Shown one piece after another: positions 1 to 9,861 of a DNA stretch of 64,000 bases (within the stretch, counting starts at the first letter, position 1; each line of letters begins with the position of its first letter). Source of the DNA: Planctomycetota bacterium. GTDB lineage: Bacteria > Planctomycetota > UBA1135 > UBA2386. The position numbers and the translations under genes were made by a program. Below the pieces are notes generated by a model. The model did no database searches. It saw only the letters and a list, made by a program, of their open reading frames with translations, and had not been told where the DNA came from. Location of the stretch: positions 224,001 through 288,000 of the forward strand of contig CANMWZ010000001.1 of assembly GCA_947501605.1 (NCBI GenBank). The letters are read 5' to 3'.

Positions 1-2
1 GA

Positions 3-209
3 GGTCACCTAGTGAGTGACGGGACCCTCTCACGCATCGCCTCCGTCTGCGAACAGTACCGCGGCAACCAGTCGCTGCACCTGGACGTAGAAGAGGATGG
101 CCACGTCCACCGGGTGCGTTGTGAGGCGACGATCAACGTCAGCGACGGCCTGCTCGACGAGTTCGCTCTGATCCTCGGCCCAGACAACATGTCGTTTGCC
201 CGGCGATGA
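3..209 (+). CDS. dnaE: 3' end of a gene, probably DNA polymerase III alpha subunit C-terminus (partial)
   Basis: Frame open from the window edge: ...LSRIASVCEQYRGNQSLHLDV...INVSDGLLDEFALILGPDNM; resembles the DnaE C-terminal pattern (..HPG..PV.L....V..S..LL.EL..LLG). Confidence 0.55.
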   Translation, partial: GHLVSDGTLSRIASVCEQYRGNQSLHLDVEEDGHVHRVRCEATINVSDGLLDEFALILGPDNMSFARR

Positions 210-456
210 TGCGGTTCGCACGCTAACCGAGCGACCTGCAGATGTGCCTCACCCCAGCCCAATGTCGCCAAGGGCCAGGACGCCCGCTCAGCTCCGGGTT
301 GAACGAGCGATGCGGACAGCATCGTCAAGGGCCGTCGCCTGTCGCGAGTCCTCGCAACCCTCTCGACTAGAAGTCTGAGTCACGGGATGCCCCTCGAACC
401 CCGAGAGATTCGTGGGCAAGAAGACCCTCTCGCGACTCACGCTGCGTAGGGAGCGC

Positions 457-845
457 ATGGGTCCGTTTCGCAAGAGAGAGGACTCGAACCAAGGCTAGCT
501 CTTCCTGCCGTCGCCGAGGGACTGGTTGCCCGACGGGCAGTTGGTGGGGTTCATCCGCGATCAGCTCGACATCGCGCGCTGCTCGATCGCTACCGGACTT
601 CGGGCAAGGGCGAGGTGGCGTATCCGCCGCGCGTGAAGCTGAGCCTGCCGATCGACGCCTACTGCACGGGCACCTTCTCCTTGCGCTGCACGGGCACCTT
701 CTCCTCGCGGACGATCGCTGCACAGCTCGACGAGAACGTGGCCTTCCGCGTGCTGGCCGGATGGCACAGGTCGGCCGGCGAGTGGGATCTCGGATGCCTC
801 GCGCTGAATCTGCGGAGGATGGCGGCGATCGGAGGTCGAACGTGA
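457..845 (+). pseudogene. IS1182-family transposase remnant (N-terminal region joined to the extreme C-terminus)
   Basis: MGPFRK..NQG*LFLPSPRDWLPDGQLVGFIRD, frameshift, AYPPRVKL..AYCTGTFSSRTIAAQLDENVAFRVLAG, then directly GEWDLGCLALNLRRMA; internal stop, frameshift, DDE core absent. Confidence 0.8.
662..705 (+). repeat. Tandem duplication with 24-bp period (ctgcacgggcaccttctcct x2) inside the IS remnant
   Basis: Identical 20-mers at 662-681 and 686-705, giving CTGTFS twice. Confidence 0.9.
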
Positions 846-1014
846 CCCGGTGGACGCGCCAAGGCTCTCCTGGGAACTGTGAGACCCCCGCCGGGCAGCC
901 CGAAGCGGTCGCGCAGGACGAGTCAGCACTCGGGGCGGACCGCGCCGAGTAGCCTTGGCGAAGTCCGATCTCACAATTTTCGCCCCGCTGGACTGTCGTG
1001 ACTCAGACTCCTGG

Positions 1015-2175
1015 TCGAGGCAAAGCCTGGTGAGGTAGTCCGCCCGCGCGAGCACCGAGCCCTAGACGGAGAGGTCTTGGAAAGCGCGGCGACATGCTTG
1101 GCTGGGGAGGCGAGCAGGAAGCGTGCGAGGACGCAGTAGATGGCCAGTGCGAGGATCTCATGTCGCACGCCGAGAGGCGACTGGGCGTGGAACTGGCGCT
1201 GGTCGAACTAGACAGACTGGCCGAGCTTGCCCAGTTCTTCGGCCTGCCAACGCAGTCGGTAGAGCTCGGCGATTTGCGCGTGCGTGATGTGTGAGCGGCG
1301 CAACGTCGTGAAGTAACAGGATTCCTCGCCCTTCGGAGTCGTCCGCTGGATCGCACGAAGCTCGAGGGGCTCGGCACCTGGCCGCGCGTCCTTGGCGGGC
1401 GGCATCATGACGCGATAGTCGCCACCGCCGCTGGCGCGGAAGTCATCGTTCGCCACGAGCGAAGGCGACGCCGGCAGTCGGCTGAGGAGGTCGAGCGGGC
1501 TGCGCAGGATCTGGTGCGATCGGTATCCGCGATCCAGCACCAACACGTCGCCTGCCTGCAGCACATCGAGAGCCGCGAGCAACATCTGGCGCTCACAGGT
1601 GCCGAAGCTGTCGATCACGACATCGCACGGAACCTGGGTCAGGACGTTGACGAGCACGCTCACAGCCGGCGGTGGGACGTGACCGCCATCGGGGCGGCCG
1701 AAGCTGGCATCGAGTTCGAGGCCCCGTCGCCAGTTGACCTTGCAGCCGTCGACGACGAACAGCCGGCGATCGTTCCAGCGCGAAGCACCTCGAAACGCGG
1801 TGTCCACTTTGCTCCCCGCCCCGCGCAGAACGCGCCGAAGCAGCTGGCTCCGCAACCTCGCTGCGCGCCTGGCAGAAGTCCGACGCCGAGACGGGCTCGT
1901 CCACCGGCAAGGCACGCCGTGCGAGGCGCACTCGTCCCAGAACGAATCCAGCAGGTGCCGGTAGCCTCGTCGGCGGGCGTCGCCCACCATCAACAACAGC
2001 AGCACCACGAGCAAGTCCGGGGTCGGCTTGCTACTGCGACTGAAGTCGCGTCGGCTGCAAAAGCGGGATCACACGCGTCTGCGAGGATCGGCAAGATCCG
2101 ATCGAAGATCTTACGGGACTCGACGCGGTGGGCCCCGATCTTCAGCGTTCGAAGCACCAGAGCGCATGCAACCAC
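1015..2175 (-). pseudogene. IS4-family (DDE_Tnp_1) transposase pseudogene
   Basis: Motifs spread over shifted frames: VSASDFCQARSEV, LFVVDGCKV, VLVLDRGY, IAELYRLRWQAEELGK (Y-R-E-K signature), HEILALAIY, ADYLTRLCLD. Confidence 0.8.
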
Positions 2176-2245
2176 CTAGCGACAGGTAGCCCTATCGTTA
2201 GGTGGTCCTGTAACCCGGAGCGCTACGCTGCGCGACCCGGACGGA

Positions 2246-2734
2246 TCAGTTGCCAGCGGACGCTGACTTCTTGCCTTTGCTCGACTTCGCCTTGGATGGC
2301 TTACCATCGGCCGGCTTCTCAGTCGGGGCGTCTACAGCAGCTTCGGCCGACGCACTGAGCTTGCGCTCCAGCACGTTGTTATCGACGAACTCGATGATCG
2401 CCTTGGACCCGCCGTCGCCGATCCGGAAATCACCTAGGCGCATGATTCGAGTGTAGCCACCAGCGCGATTCGAATAGCGCGGCCCGAGCACATCGAACAG
2501 CTTCTTGACCGCATCCTTGTCCTGCAGAAGACCCGCGGCTCGCCGAATGTTGGCCAGCGTCCTGGTCTTGCCGATCGTGATCATTTTCTCCACGTGCGAG
2601 CGCAGAGCTTTGGCCTTCGGCAGCGTCGTGACGACGCGCTCGTGCTGGATCAACGACACCGTGAAATTCATGCGCAGAGCACGGCGGTGGGCCGTGTTTC
2701 TGCCGAGCCGCTTGCCCGCAATGTTATGCATCAT
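2246..2734 (-). CDS. rplQ: 50S ribosomal protein L17 with low-complexity C-terminal tail
   Basis: MMHNIAGKRLGRNTAHR...TTLPKAK...GGYTRI; follows rpoA. Confidence 0.97.
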   Translation of the reverse strand: MMHNIAGKRLGRNTAHRRALRMNFTVSLIQHERVVTTLPKAKALRSHVEKMITIGKTRTLANIRRAAGLLQDKDAVKKLFDVLGPRYSNRAGGYTRIMRLGDFRIGDGGSKAIIEFVDNNVLERKLSASAEAAVDAPTEKPADGKPSKAKSSKGKKSASAGN

Positions 2735-2788
2735 GGCTGTATTCTCCGTTTGACGCGCGATCAGCTCTGGCCGATGCGCGTCGGATGC

Positions 2789-3787
2789 TTACTTGTATTC
2801 CTCGACGTTGATACCCAACGTGAGGCCGAGTGCGGCAAGCTTGTTCTTGACTTCCTTGAGGGATGTCTTCCCAAAGTTCCTGACCTTGAGCAGCTCGGGC
2901 TCCGCCATCTGCACAAGGTCGCGCAGAGTCAGAACATTCTCGCTGTCTAGGCAGTTCTTAGAGCGCACTGAGAGCTCCAGCATGTCGATGCTTCGACCGA
3001 GCAGGTCCACCATCTCGCGACGCTTCGCACCTTCATCACCCTCTGGCGCAAGAACACCGCCGTCGACGGCCAAGTCTTCCTTGAGCTCAAAATACTGAAC
3101 GAAGGGGTTCAGGTGTTTGCGGTAAATCTTGCTCGCTTCGACCAGTGCCATCTCCGGCGTCACCGTGCCATCAGTCCAAACTTCAAGAACCAAGCGGTCG
3201 TAGTCTGTGGACTTTCCGACACGCGTACTCTCGATGCTGTACTTGCATCGGTGCACCGGACTAAAGATCGAGTCGACGGGAATCGTACCGATCTCCATCT
3301 CCTCGTTTACGTTCTCCTCAGCCGTCACGTAGCCGCGGCCCTTCTTCACCTGCATTTCGCAGGAGAAACGGACATCGTCGGTCAACGTGCAGATCTTCAG
3401 GTCGGGATTGGCGATCTCGATGTTGTGATCACCCTCGATCGCTTCCGCCTTAACCTCACCGCGCTGGTTGACATCGATGCGCAGAGTCGTCGGCGCATCC
3501 GTGTGCATCTTCACACGCAGCTTCTTGATGTTCAGGATGATCTGAGTGACGTCCTCGAGCACGCCCGAAATCGTCGAGAACTCGTGAACGACTCCCTCGA
3601 TGCGTACCCACGTTACCGCGGTGCCCTCAATCGAGGACAGCAAGACGCGGCGCAGGCCGTTGCCGATCGTTGCGCCAAAGCCCTTCTCGAAGGGCTCGAC
3701 GGTGAACTTGGCATACTGATTGGTTCCCGTGTCCTGGTCCATCTTGACCTGGGACGGCAACTCGAAGTTGCGCCAGCGAATACGCAT
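2789..3787 (-). CDS. rpoA: RNA polymerase alpha subunit
   Basis: EPFEKGFGATIGNGLRRVLLSS; LELSVRSKNCL; NFGKTSL. Confidence 0.99.
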   Translation of the reverse strand: MRIRWRNFELPSQVKMDQDTGTNQYAKFTVEPFEKGFGATIGNGLRRVLLSSIEGTAVTWVRIEGVVHEFSTISGVLEDVTQIILNIKKLRVKMHTDAPTTLRIDVNQRGEVKAEAIEGDHNIEIANPDLKICTLTDDVRFSCEMQVKKGRGYVTAEENVNEEMEIGTIPVDSIFSPVHRCKYSIESTRVGKSTDYDRLVLEVWTDGTVTPEMALVEASKIYRKHLNPFVQYFELKEDLAVDGGVLAPEGDEGAKRREMVDLLGRSIDMLELSVRSKNCLDSENVLTLRDLVQMAEPELLKVRNFGKTSLKEVKNKLAALGLTLGINVEEYK

Positions 3788-3803
3788 AGTCGGTCTCCCT
3801 TAG

Positions 3804-4427
3804 CTACTTGGAGCAGAGCTCGATGATCAACTGCTCGTTGATGGGATGCGGCACGTCTTCTCGCTTCGGCAGCTGAATGACCTTGCCCTTGAGTTCGGAC
3901 GGCGTGGCCTCGAGCCAAGTCGGCAGTGACTGCCCCTTGTTCATCTCGACCGCGTCGGTGGCCTTCTTGGTGATCTTCTCGTCACCCACGATCTGCACCT
4001 CGTCGCCTGGGCGAACGAGATAACTCGGGATGTCGAGACGCTTCTTGTTCACACGAACATGGCCGTGTGCAACCATCTGCCGCGCATCGAAGCGAGACAA
4101 CGCGAGGCCGAGGTTCAGCACCACATTGTCGAGACGTCGCTCCATGAGGACCAACAGGTTCTCACCTGTGTTGCCCTTCTGGCGCTGCGCGACGGTGAAG
4201 TAGTGCTGGAACTGACGCTCGAGCAGGCCATAGATACGCTTCGCCTTCTGCTTTTCACGCAGCTGGGCACCGTAGTCAGTGGACTTCTTGGGGCGGACAT
4301 GCTGGCCCGGCGGATAGTCGCGCCGGTTAATGCCGCACTTTTCCGAAAAGCATCGCTGTCCCTTGAGGAACAGCTTCATGCCTTCGCGGCGGCAGAGCTT
4401 GCAGACGTTTTGGCTATTGCGGGCCAT
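3804..4427 (-). CDS. rpsD: 30S ribosomal protein S4 (Cys-containing form)
   Basis: CKLCRREGMKLFLKGQRC; QLREKQK; ERRLDNVV. Confidence 0.99.
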   Translation of the reverse strand: MARNSQNVCKLCRREGMKLFLKGQRCFSEKCGINRRDYPPGQHVRPKKSTDYGAQLREKQKAKRIYGLLERQFQHYFTVAQRQKGNTGENLLVLMERRLDNVVLNLGLALSRFDARQMVAHGHVRVNKKRLDIPSYLVRPGDEVQIVGDEKITKKATDAVEMNKGQSLPTWLEATPSELKGKVIQLPKREDVPHPINEQLIIELCSK

Positions 4428-4467
4428 CTGGATTCCGAAGTGCTGGGTCGAATGCGATTACGAATGA

Positions 4468-4863
4468 CTAGACGCGGCGGCGCTTCCGCGGACGACAACC
4501 GTTGTGCGGCAGCGGCGTGACATCCTCGATGGTCTTCACCTCGATACCCGAACTCGAAAGAGCACGGATCGCGGACTCACGGCCAGAGCCGGGACCATTG
4601 ACGAAGACCTCCAACTCGTGCACACCCATCTTGCGGATCTTCTCCGCAACTTTCTCTGCAGCGCGTTGCGCGGCAAACGGGGTGCTCTTGCGGCTACCCT
4701 TGTAGCCGATAGTACCAGCCGAGTCCCAGGCCAAGACTTGGCCCGTGCTGTCGGTAACGGTGATGATGGTGTTGTTGAAGGATGCCTTGACGTGGGCAAT
4801 GGCCTTGCCGACGTTCTTGCGAACTTTGGCCTTCTTCTTCGAGGTTTCTGGGACGGTCGTCAT
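4468..4863 (-). CDS. rpsK: 30S ribosomal protein S11
   Basis: [33 protein letters not shown]. Confidence 0.99.
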   Translation of the reverse strand: MTTVPETSKKKAKVRKNVGKAIAHVKASFNNTIITVTDSTGQVLAWDSAGTIGYKGSRKSTPFAAQRAAEKVAEKIRKMGVHELEVFVNGPGSGRESAIRALSSSGIEVKTIEDVTPLPHNGCRPRKRRRV

Positions 4864-4920
4864 CGCGGATTCTGGGACGGTTGTTCGGGGGCTCTGAGGT
4901 CGGGGAGGATGATCCGCGGA

Positions 4921-5298
4921 TCACTTCCTCAAGATCTTCTTGTTAGCGACCGTCTTACGCGGTCCCTTCCGTGAACGAGAGTTGCTTCGCGTACGCTGGC
5001 CACGCACCGGCAGACTGCGACGATGCCGCAAGCCCCGGTAGCAGAAGATCTCCTTGAGCCGGTTGATGTTCTGCATCACCTGGCGGCGCAGGACACCTTC
5101 CACCGGCATGGACTTTTCGATGTGGTTGGCCAGAGCCGCGACCTCATCGTCCTTGAGATCCTTGGCTCGGGTCTCAGGGCGCAACGACAGTTCGGCTAGC
5201 ACCCGTTTTGCAGTGCGCGGGCCGATGCCATAAATGTACGTAAGCGCCACATCGATGCGCTTTTCGTTTGGGATGTCGACGCCGAGGAGACGTGGCAT
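4921..5298 (-). CDS. rpsM: 30S ribosomal protein S13
   Basis: GVDIPNEKRIDVALTYIYGIG; YRGLRHRRSLPVRGQRT. Confidence 0.99.
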   Translation of the reverse strand: MPRLLGVDIPNEKRIDVALTYIYGIGPRTAKRVLAELSLRPETRAKDLKDDEVAALANHIEKSMPVEGVLRRQVMQNINRLKEIFCYRGLRHRRSLPVRGQRTRSNSRSRKGPRKTVANKKILRK

Positions 5299-5313
5299 GT
5301 GCGGTACCTGTGG

Positions 5314-5430
5314 TTACTTGCCCTGCCGCTGCTTGTGGCGGGGATTCGTACAAATGATGCGAACGATACCGCGGCGGCGTACCACCTTGCAGTGCTCGCA
5401 GATGCGACGGACGCTGGTTCGGACCTTCAC
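5314..5430 (-). CDS. rpmJ: 50S ribosomal protein L36 (Zn-ribbon form), below the ORF-track length cutoff
   Basis: Manual translation from [41 protein letters not shown]. Confidence 0.97.
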   Translation of the reverse strand: MKVRTSVRRICEHCKVVRRRGIVRIICTNPRHKQRQGK

Positions 5431-5498
5431 GGCGGCTTCTCGCGGTTGAGTCTATTGACGGGTTTCAGAAGTAAGGGGCTGGTTCGACGGCAGTGCGC

Positions 5499-5759
5499 TC
5501 ACGATCTGTGAGACGAAAGGCGCGCAACAATGCGCGCCTTGGTCCGGTCCAGCGGGGCGATCTCGATTCGGACTACATCGCCTGGCAGCAAGCGAGTCAG
5601 TCCCTTTCGAAGGTCCCCAGCCACATGGGCCGTCCGTTCTGTGCCGTCTGGCAAGCGCAGGCGGAACAAATCGTTCTGGAGCACTGCCGCAACTGTTGCC
5701 GTCGAAGGCATGTCGCGCTCAGGAGAGCCCTCGAACGTCTTGTCCGTGACTGCGGTCAT
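5499..5759 (-). CDS. infA: Translation initiation factor IF-1, divergent
   Basis: FRLRLPDG..RTAHVAGDLR...RLLPGDVVRIEIAPLDRTKARI; canonical position before rpmJ. Confidence 0.8.
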   Translation of the reverse strand: MTAVTDKTFEGSPERDMPSTATVAAVLQNDLFRLRLPDGTERTAHVAGDLRKGLTRLLPGDVVRIEIAPLDRTKARIVARLSSHRS

Positions 5760-6430
5760 TGCATCAGTTGAACCAACTCCTGGTAGATGACGTCTGGGGT
5801 TCGACTTGCGTCGATGATCCGCAGCAGATTCTTGTTTTGGTAGTAGGCTCGCAGGGGCTCCGTCAACTTGTGGAACTCCTGCAACCTTTTGTCGATCGCT
5901 TCAGGTCGATCATCCGCACGCTGCAGCAGAGCACCGCCGCAGGCATCGCAGGTATCGACTCGCTTGGTTGGCTTGGTGGCCACGTGCCAGATGGCGCCGC
6001 ACTGGTTGCAGTTGCGACGGCCTTCGAGCCTAGCTTTCAGCTCTGCATCCGAGATTTGGAAGTACACCACACGGGACAACTTGCGTTCCGCGGAGGCACC
6101 CAGCAGCCGGTCAAGAGCTTCAGCTTGAGGAAGTGTACGCGGAAACCCGTCCAGGATCCAGGCGGCAGTTGCATCTGGCTGAGCGATCCGCTCTTTCACC
6201 ATAGCGACGATCATGTCGTCCGGGACAAGCTTGCCACCGTCCATCAGACTCTTGGCCTGCTTACCTAGGTCGCTGCCCTGGTTGACGTGCGCCCGAAGCA
6301 TGTCGCCAGTCGAGATGTGCGCGACGTGACCTGCTGCTGCCAGGCGCTTCGCCTGCGTGCCCTTGCCCGCCCCGGGTCCACCGAGGAAAACTGCGCGCGC
6401 TCGCAAGGAGATTGAGGTCCCGGCACTCAT
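5756..6430 (-). CDS. adk: Adenylate kinase with Zn-binding LID
   Basis: GGPGAGKGTQA, HISTGDMLR, DGFPRT, CNQC...CDAC; ATG overlaps the secY stop (TGATG). Confidence 0.97.
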   Translation of the reverse strand: MSAGTSISLRARAVFLGGPGAGKGTQAKRLAAAGHVAHISTGDMLRAHVNQGSDLGKQAKSLMDGGKLVPDDMIVAMVKERIAQPDATAAWILDGFPRTLPQAEALDRLLGASAERKLSRVVYFQISDAELKARLEGRRNCNQCGAIWHVATKPTKRVDTCDACGGALLQRADDRPEAIDKRLQEFHKLTEPLRAYYQNKNLLRIIDASRTPDVIYQELVQLMQ

Positions 6431-7782
6431 CAGTCCGACCGACGCCCCCAACCGCCCGTGCTTGAGCCTTCGGCTCCGTCCTTCCCCATTGCGCTTTCAT
6501 AGTTGCGCATGGTCAACATGGCGCCGAGCTTTTCGACCATGTCCAGGGCAACACCCACGACAATCAGAATCGAAGTGCCGGACATGAAGTAGATCAGGAC
6601 CTGATCCAAACCGCCCGAGCCGCGTGCGCCGACGACGGACGGCAGGACAGCGATGATGGAAAGGAAGGTCGCACCAGCAAGGGTGATGCGAACCATTGTG
6701 TGCTCAAGGAACTCAGCGGTTGGCTTCCCTGGACGGATACCAGGAATCAGCGTGCCGTTTTCCTTGAGGTTGTTGGCGATGTCGTTCGGCTGGAACATCA
6801 TCGATGTCCAGAAGAACGAGAAGAAGTAGATCAGCGCCGTGTAGCTGACTACGAACCAGAATCCACGCTGGCTCGCGAAACTCTCCTCAAGTCCCGTCCA
6901 ACCCACCACCTGCGCAAACATCGTCGGAATCAGCATGAGAGCAGATCCGAAGACGATCGGCATCACGCCAGCCTGGTTGATCTTGAACGGAAGATAGTGC
7001 TTCTGTCCGCCATAGACCTGCCGACCACGAGTGTGCTTGGCTTGCTGGATCGGGATTCGACGCTGCGCCTTGGTCGTGAAAACTACCGCGATCACCGCGA
7101 CGAGCCACATGCCGAGGAACGTCAGAAGATTCTGCCATTCCAGCCGACCAAAGTTGTCACCACCCAGGTAGGCACCAAGCGACGGGTAGAGGTTGGATAC
7201 AATCCCCGACATGATGATCAGGGACATCCCGTTGCCGATGCCACGCTCTGTGATCTGCTCACCGATCCACATCACGAACATCGTGCCCGCGGTTAGGGCG
7301 AACATGATGACCAAGATGTAGAGGCCCCAGACCTGGTTGACCCCGTCCTGAAGCAGGTTGCTAGACCCACTCTTCAGCGTGCCGAAGATAACGAACCAAG
7401 CTTGAAAGATGCAGATGCCGACAGTCGCCAAGCGCGTGTACTGGTTGATCTTCTTCTGCCCAGAGGCTCCTTCCTTCGCCAGCTTTTCCAGCGATGGAAC
7501 GACCTTTGTCAACAGGCTGAAGATGATGCTCGCAGAGATGTAGGGCATCACGCCGAGACTGAAAAGCGTGGCCGTTTGCAGGCTGCCACCAGTCAGGACG
7601 TTCATCATCAAGAACAGCCTGTTCAGGCCATCCTGGCTCTGCAAGCTCTCCAAGAACTTGACAAGGTTCACACCCGGAAGCGGGATGAAGAACCCGACTC
7701 GGTACAGCACGAGCAACCCGAGAGTCAGCAGAATGCGACTCCGGATCTCCTTCACCTTGAACAGGGATGTCAGGTTGCTCAT
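6430..7782 (-). CDS. secY: Preprotein translocase subunit SecY
   Basis: FSLGVMPYISASII; GEQITERGIGNGMS; IPGIRPG; GTSILIVVGV. Confidence 0.99.
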   Translation of the reverse strand: MSNLTSLFKVKEIRSRILLTLGLLVLYRVGFFIPLPGVNLVKFLESLQSQDGLNRLFLMMNVLTGGSLQTATLFSLGVMPYISASIIFSLLTKVVPSLEKLAKEGASGQKKINQYTRLATVGICIFQAWFVIFGTLKSGSSNLLQDGVNQVWGLYILVIMFALTAGTMFVMWIGEQITERGIGNGMSLIIMSGIVSNLYPSLGAYLGGDNFGRLEWQNLLTFLGMWLVAVIAVVFTTKAQRRIPIQQAKHTRGRQVYGGQKHYLPFKINQAGVMPIVFGSALMLIPTMFAQVVGWTGLEESFASQRGFWFVVSYTALIYFFSFFWTSMMFQPNDIANNLKENGTLIPGIRPGKPTAEFLEHTMVRITLAGATFLSIIAVLPSVVGARGSGGLDQVLIYFMSGTSILIVVGVALDMVEKLGAMLTMRNYESAMGKDGAEGSSTGGWGRRSD

Positions 7783-7815
7783 GGGTTGGTCGTCGTCGTT
7801 TCGAGTCGCAGGAGA

Positions 7816-8343
7816 TCAGCGGGCCGGCTTCTGAGACTTGGGGGTGCTTTTCGTTCCGTCCTTGCGGACAAACTTAGGACGCGCCACTCGACCGGCAATC
7901 AGCTCGACGCTGCCACCAGCCTGTTCGATCTTGGCACGAGCTGATGCGGTCACAGCATCAGCCTTCACCGTGAGCTTCCGCGTCAGGGCACCGTCGCCGA
8001 GCACCTTGAACAAGGTGCTCTGCTTCTCCTTCGATGTGATTCCCTTCTGAAGGATTGCCGCGAGATCGACGACCGAGTTGTTGTCGAAACCCTCGAGGTC
8101 CGACACGTTCACGACGGTGTAGACCTTCTTGAAGATCTTGTTGTTGAAACCGACCTTCGGCAACCGACGGAACAGCGGCATCTGGCCACCTTCCCAGCCA
8201 AGCCTGCGAGACCAACCAGAGCGCGACTTGGCACCCTTGTGCCCGCGGCCCGATGTCTTGCCTAGGCCAGAACCGATACCACGTCCAATGCGCTTGCGAT
8301 CCGGATACTTGAGGCCAAGGGCCTTTGCTTCGGCGAGGTTCAT
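7816..8343 (-). CDS. rplO: 50S ribosomal protein L15
   Basis: RIGRGIGSGLGKTSGRGHKG; EGGQMPLFRRLPK. Confidence 0.99.
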   Translation of the reverse strand: MNLAEAKALGLKYPDRKRIGRGIGSGLGKTSGRGHKGAKSRSGWSRRLGWEGGQMPLFRRLPKVGFNNKIFKKVYTVVNVSDLEGFDNNSVVDLAAILQKGITSKEKQSTLFKVLGDGALTRKLTVKADAVTASARAKIEQAGGSVELIAGRVARPKFVRKDGTKSTPKSQKPAR

Positions 8344-8852
8344 TCGATGCTTACTCCGCGAAGAGCCGCAACAGAGTCTTTGCTGCGCAGATTGCTCAGA
8401 GCTGCCATGGTTGCCTTCACAACGTTGAGCGCGTTGGTCGAGCCGTAGTTCTTGCTAAGGATGTCCGAGATACCAGCCAACTCGAGCACCTTGCGCACCG
8501 CCTTTCCAGCGATGATGCCCGTGCCAGGCGCGGCGGGAATCAACCGCACCCGCGAGGCGCCGAAGACACCCTCGGTCTGGTGCGGAATCGTCTTGCCGCT
8601 GCGGATGACTCGCATGATCTGTTTGCGAGCGTCCTTCACGGACTTTTCTACTGCGTTGGGGACTTCACGACCCTTGCCATAGCCGATCCCGACTAGGCCG
8701 TCCTTGTTGCCCACCACCGACAGCGCGCTAAACGAGAAGCGCCGTCCGCCCTTGACCACCGCCGCAGAACGGTTGATGGCCACGACGTCGTCCATGACGT
8801 CGGCGGAAAGTGCCTCGTCGATCGGGATGGTCGGATACTTTCTCTTCACCAT
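8340..8852 (-). CDS. rpsE: 30S ribosomal protein S5
   Basis: VVKGGRRFSFSALSVVGN; PAAPGTGIIAG. Confidence 0.99.
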   Translation of the reverse strand: MVKRKYPTIPIDEALSADVMDDVVAINRSAAVVKGGRRFSFSALSVVGNKDGLVGIGYGKGREVPNAVEKSVKDARKQIMRVIRSGKTIPHQTEGVFGASRVRLIPAAPGTGIIAGKAVRKVLELAGISDILSKNYGSTNALNVVKATMAALSNLRSKDSVAALRGVSIE

Positions 8853-8904
8853 GACGGATTCTCGCCCTGTAGCAGATCAGGAGTCCTGACCTGCATTGGA
8901 AACC

Positions 8905-9270
8905 TCAGAACTCCAGCCCACCCTCACGCGCCGCGTCTGCGAGCGCCTTGATGCGACCGTGATAGCGGAATGCGCCGCGATCGAACGCTACCTTCGTGAC
9001 CCCGGCGGCCTTCGCCCGAGCTGCGAGCAAGGCCCCGACGTGCTTGGCAACGTCGGTCTTGCGAATGCTGGTTGCCCCGCCACGCACTTCCTTCTCTGTT
9101 GACGATGCGGAAGCCACTGTGTGGCCCTTTGAGTCGTCGATCAACTGACAGGAAATGTGCTTCAGACTGCGACAAACCGAAAGTCGAGGGCGATCGCTCT
9201 CGCGTCGGATGCGGCGACGTACGCTGTTGGCCTTGGCCTGACGGGCAGCGTGCTTCTTCATCGTGACCAT
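8905..9270 (-). CDS. rplR: 50S ribosomal protein L18
   Basis: [39 protein letters not shown]. Confidence 0.98.
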   Translation of the reverse strand: MVTMKKHAARQAKANSVRRRIRRESDRPRLSVCRSLKHISCQLIDDSKGHTVASASSTEKEVRGGATSIRKTDVAKHVGALLAARAKAAGVTKVAFDRGAFRYHGRIKALADAAREGGLEF

Positions 9271-9299
9271 GATTTGGAGACCTATGTTTGCTGCTGGCG

Positions 9300-9851
9300 T
9301 CAGCCCGCGCCGCCGGAGGCAAACGCCTTGCCGGACTTGCGACGGACGACCTCGTCACTGTATTTGATGCCCTTGCCTTTGTAGGGCTCCGGCTTGCGCA
9401 GCTTGCGAATCTGCGCTGCAACTTGACCGACCTGCTGTTTGTCAGGACCGGAAATCAGAATGGTCGTGGCATTCGGCACATCGACTTTCACCGTGGCCGG
9501 GATGTCGAACTTGGCAGGCCGATTGAAACCGATGCTCAGTTCCAGGCTCTTGCCAGTCATCACGACCTGATAGCCGACGCCGCTGATCTCGAGCTTCTTC
9601 TGGTAGCCCTTGGCTACGCCCTCAATCATGTTGGCGATCAACGCGCGCGTCGTTCCTTGGTACGATCGAGTGATTCGATCCTCGTCCTGGGCCGCGACCT
9701 TGAGCGTAGCGCCGTCAACCTGGACAGAGACCTCGGGACGCAGATGCAGATGAAGTTCACCCTTTGGCCCCTTCACAGAGAGTTGGCCAGGGGCACTGGT
9801 CACAGTGACTCCCTTAGGGACCTCGATAACTTGCTTGCCGATACGGGACAT
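9300..9851 (-). CDS. rplF: 50S ribosomal protein L6
   Basis: MSRIGKQVI (ATG at 9851); [13 protein letters not shown]. Confidence 0.98.
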   Translation of the reverse strand: MSRIGKQVIEVPKGVTVTSAPGQLSVKGPKGELHLHLRPEVSVQVDGATLKVAAQDEDRITRSYQGTTRALIANMIEGVAKGYQKKLEISGVGYQVVMTGKSLELSIGFNRPAKFDIPATVKVDVPNATTILISGPDKQQVGQVAAQIRKLRKPEPYKGKGIKYSDEVVRRKSGKAFASGGAG

Positions 9852-9861
9852 GGCGCCTCGA

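Larger units (their letters stand above)
367..1014 (+). mobile_element. Internally deleted IS1182-family element
   Basis: TIRs aagtctgagtcacg (371-384) and cgtgactcagactc (997-1010), 13/14 complementary; flanked by ctag (367-370) and ctgg (1011-1014); transposase remnant inside. Confidence 0.75.

Noticed and set aside
223..2201. Candidate terminal inverted repeats for the IS4 remnant (ctaaccgagcgacctg / caggtagccctatcgttag)
   Set aside because: The match needs gaps and is too weak to support
8340..8343. Absence of rpmD (L30) between rpsE and rplO, of map after adk, and of rpmG near secE
   Set aside because: These genes are commonly lost or relocated, L30 loss being usual in PVC bacteria, unlike rplC
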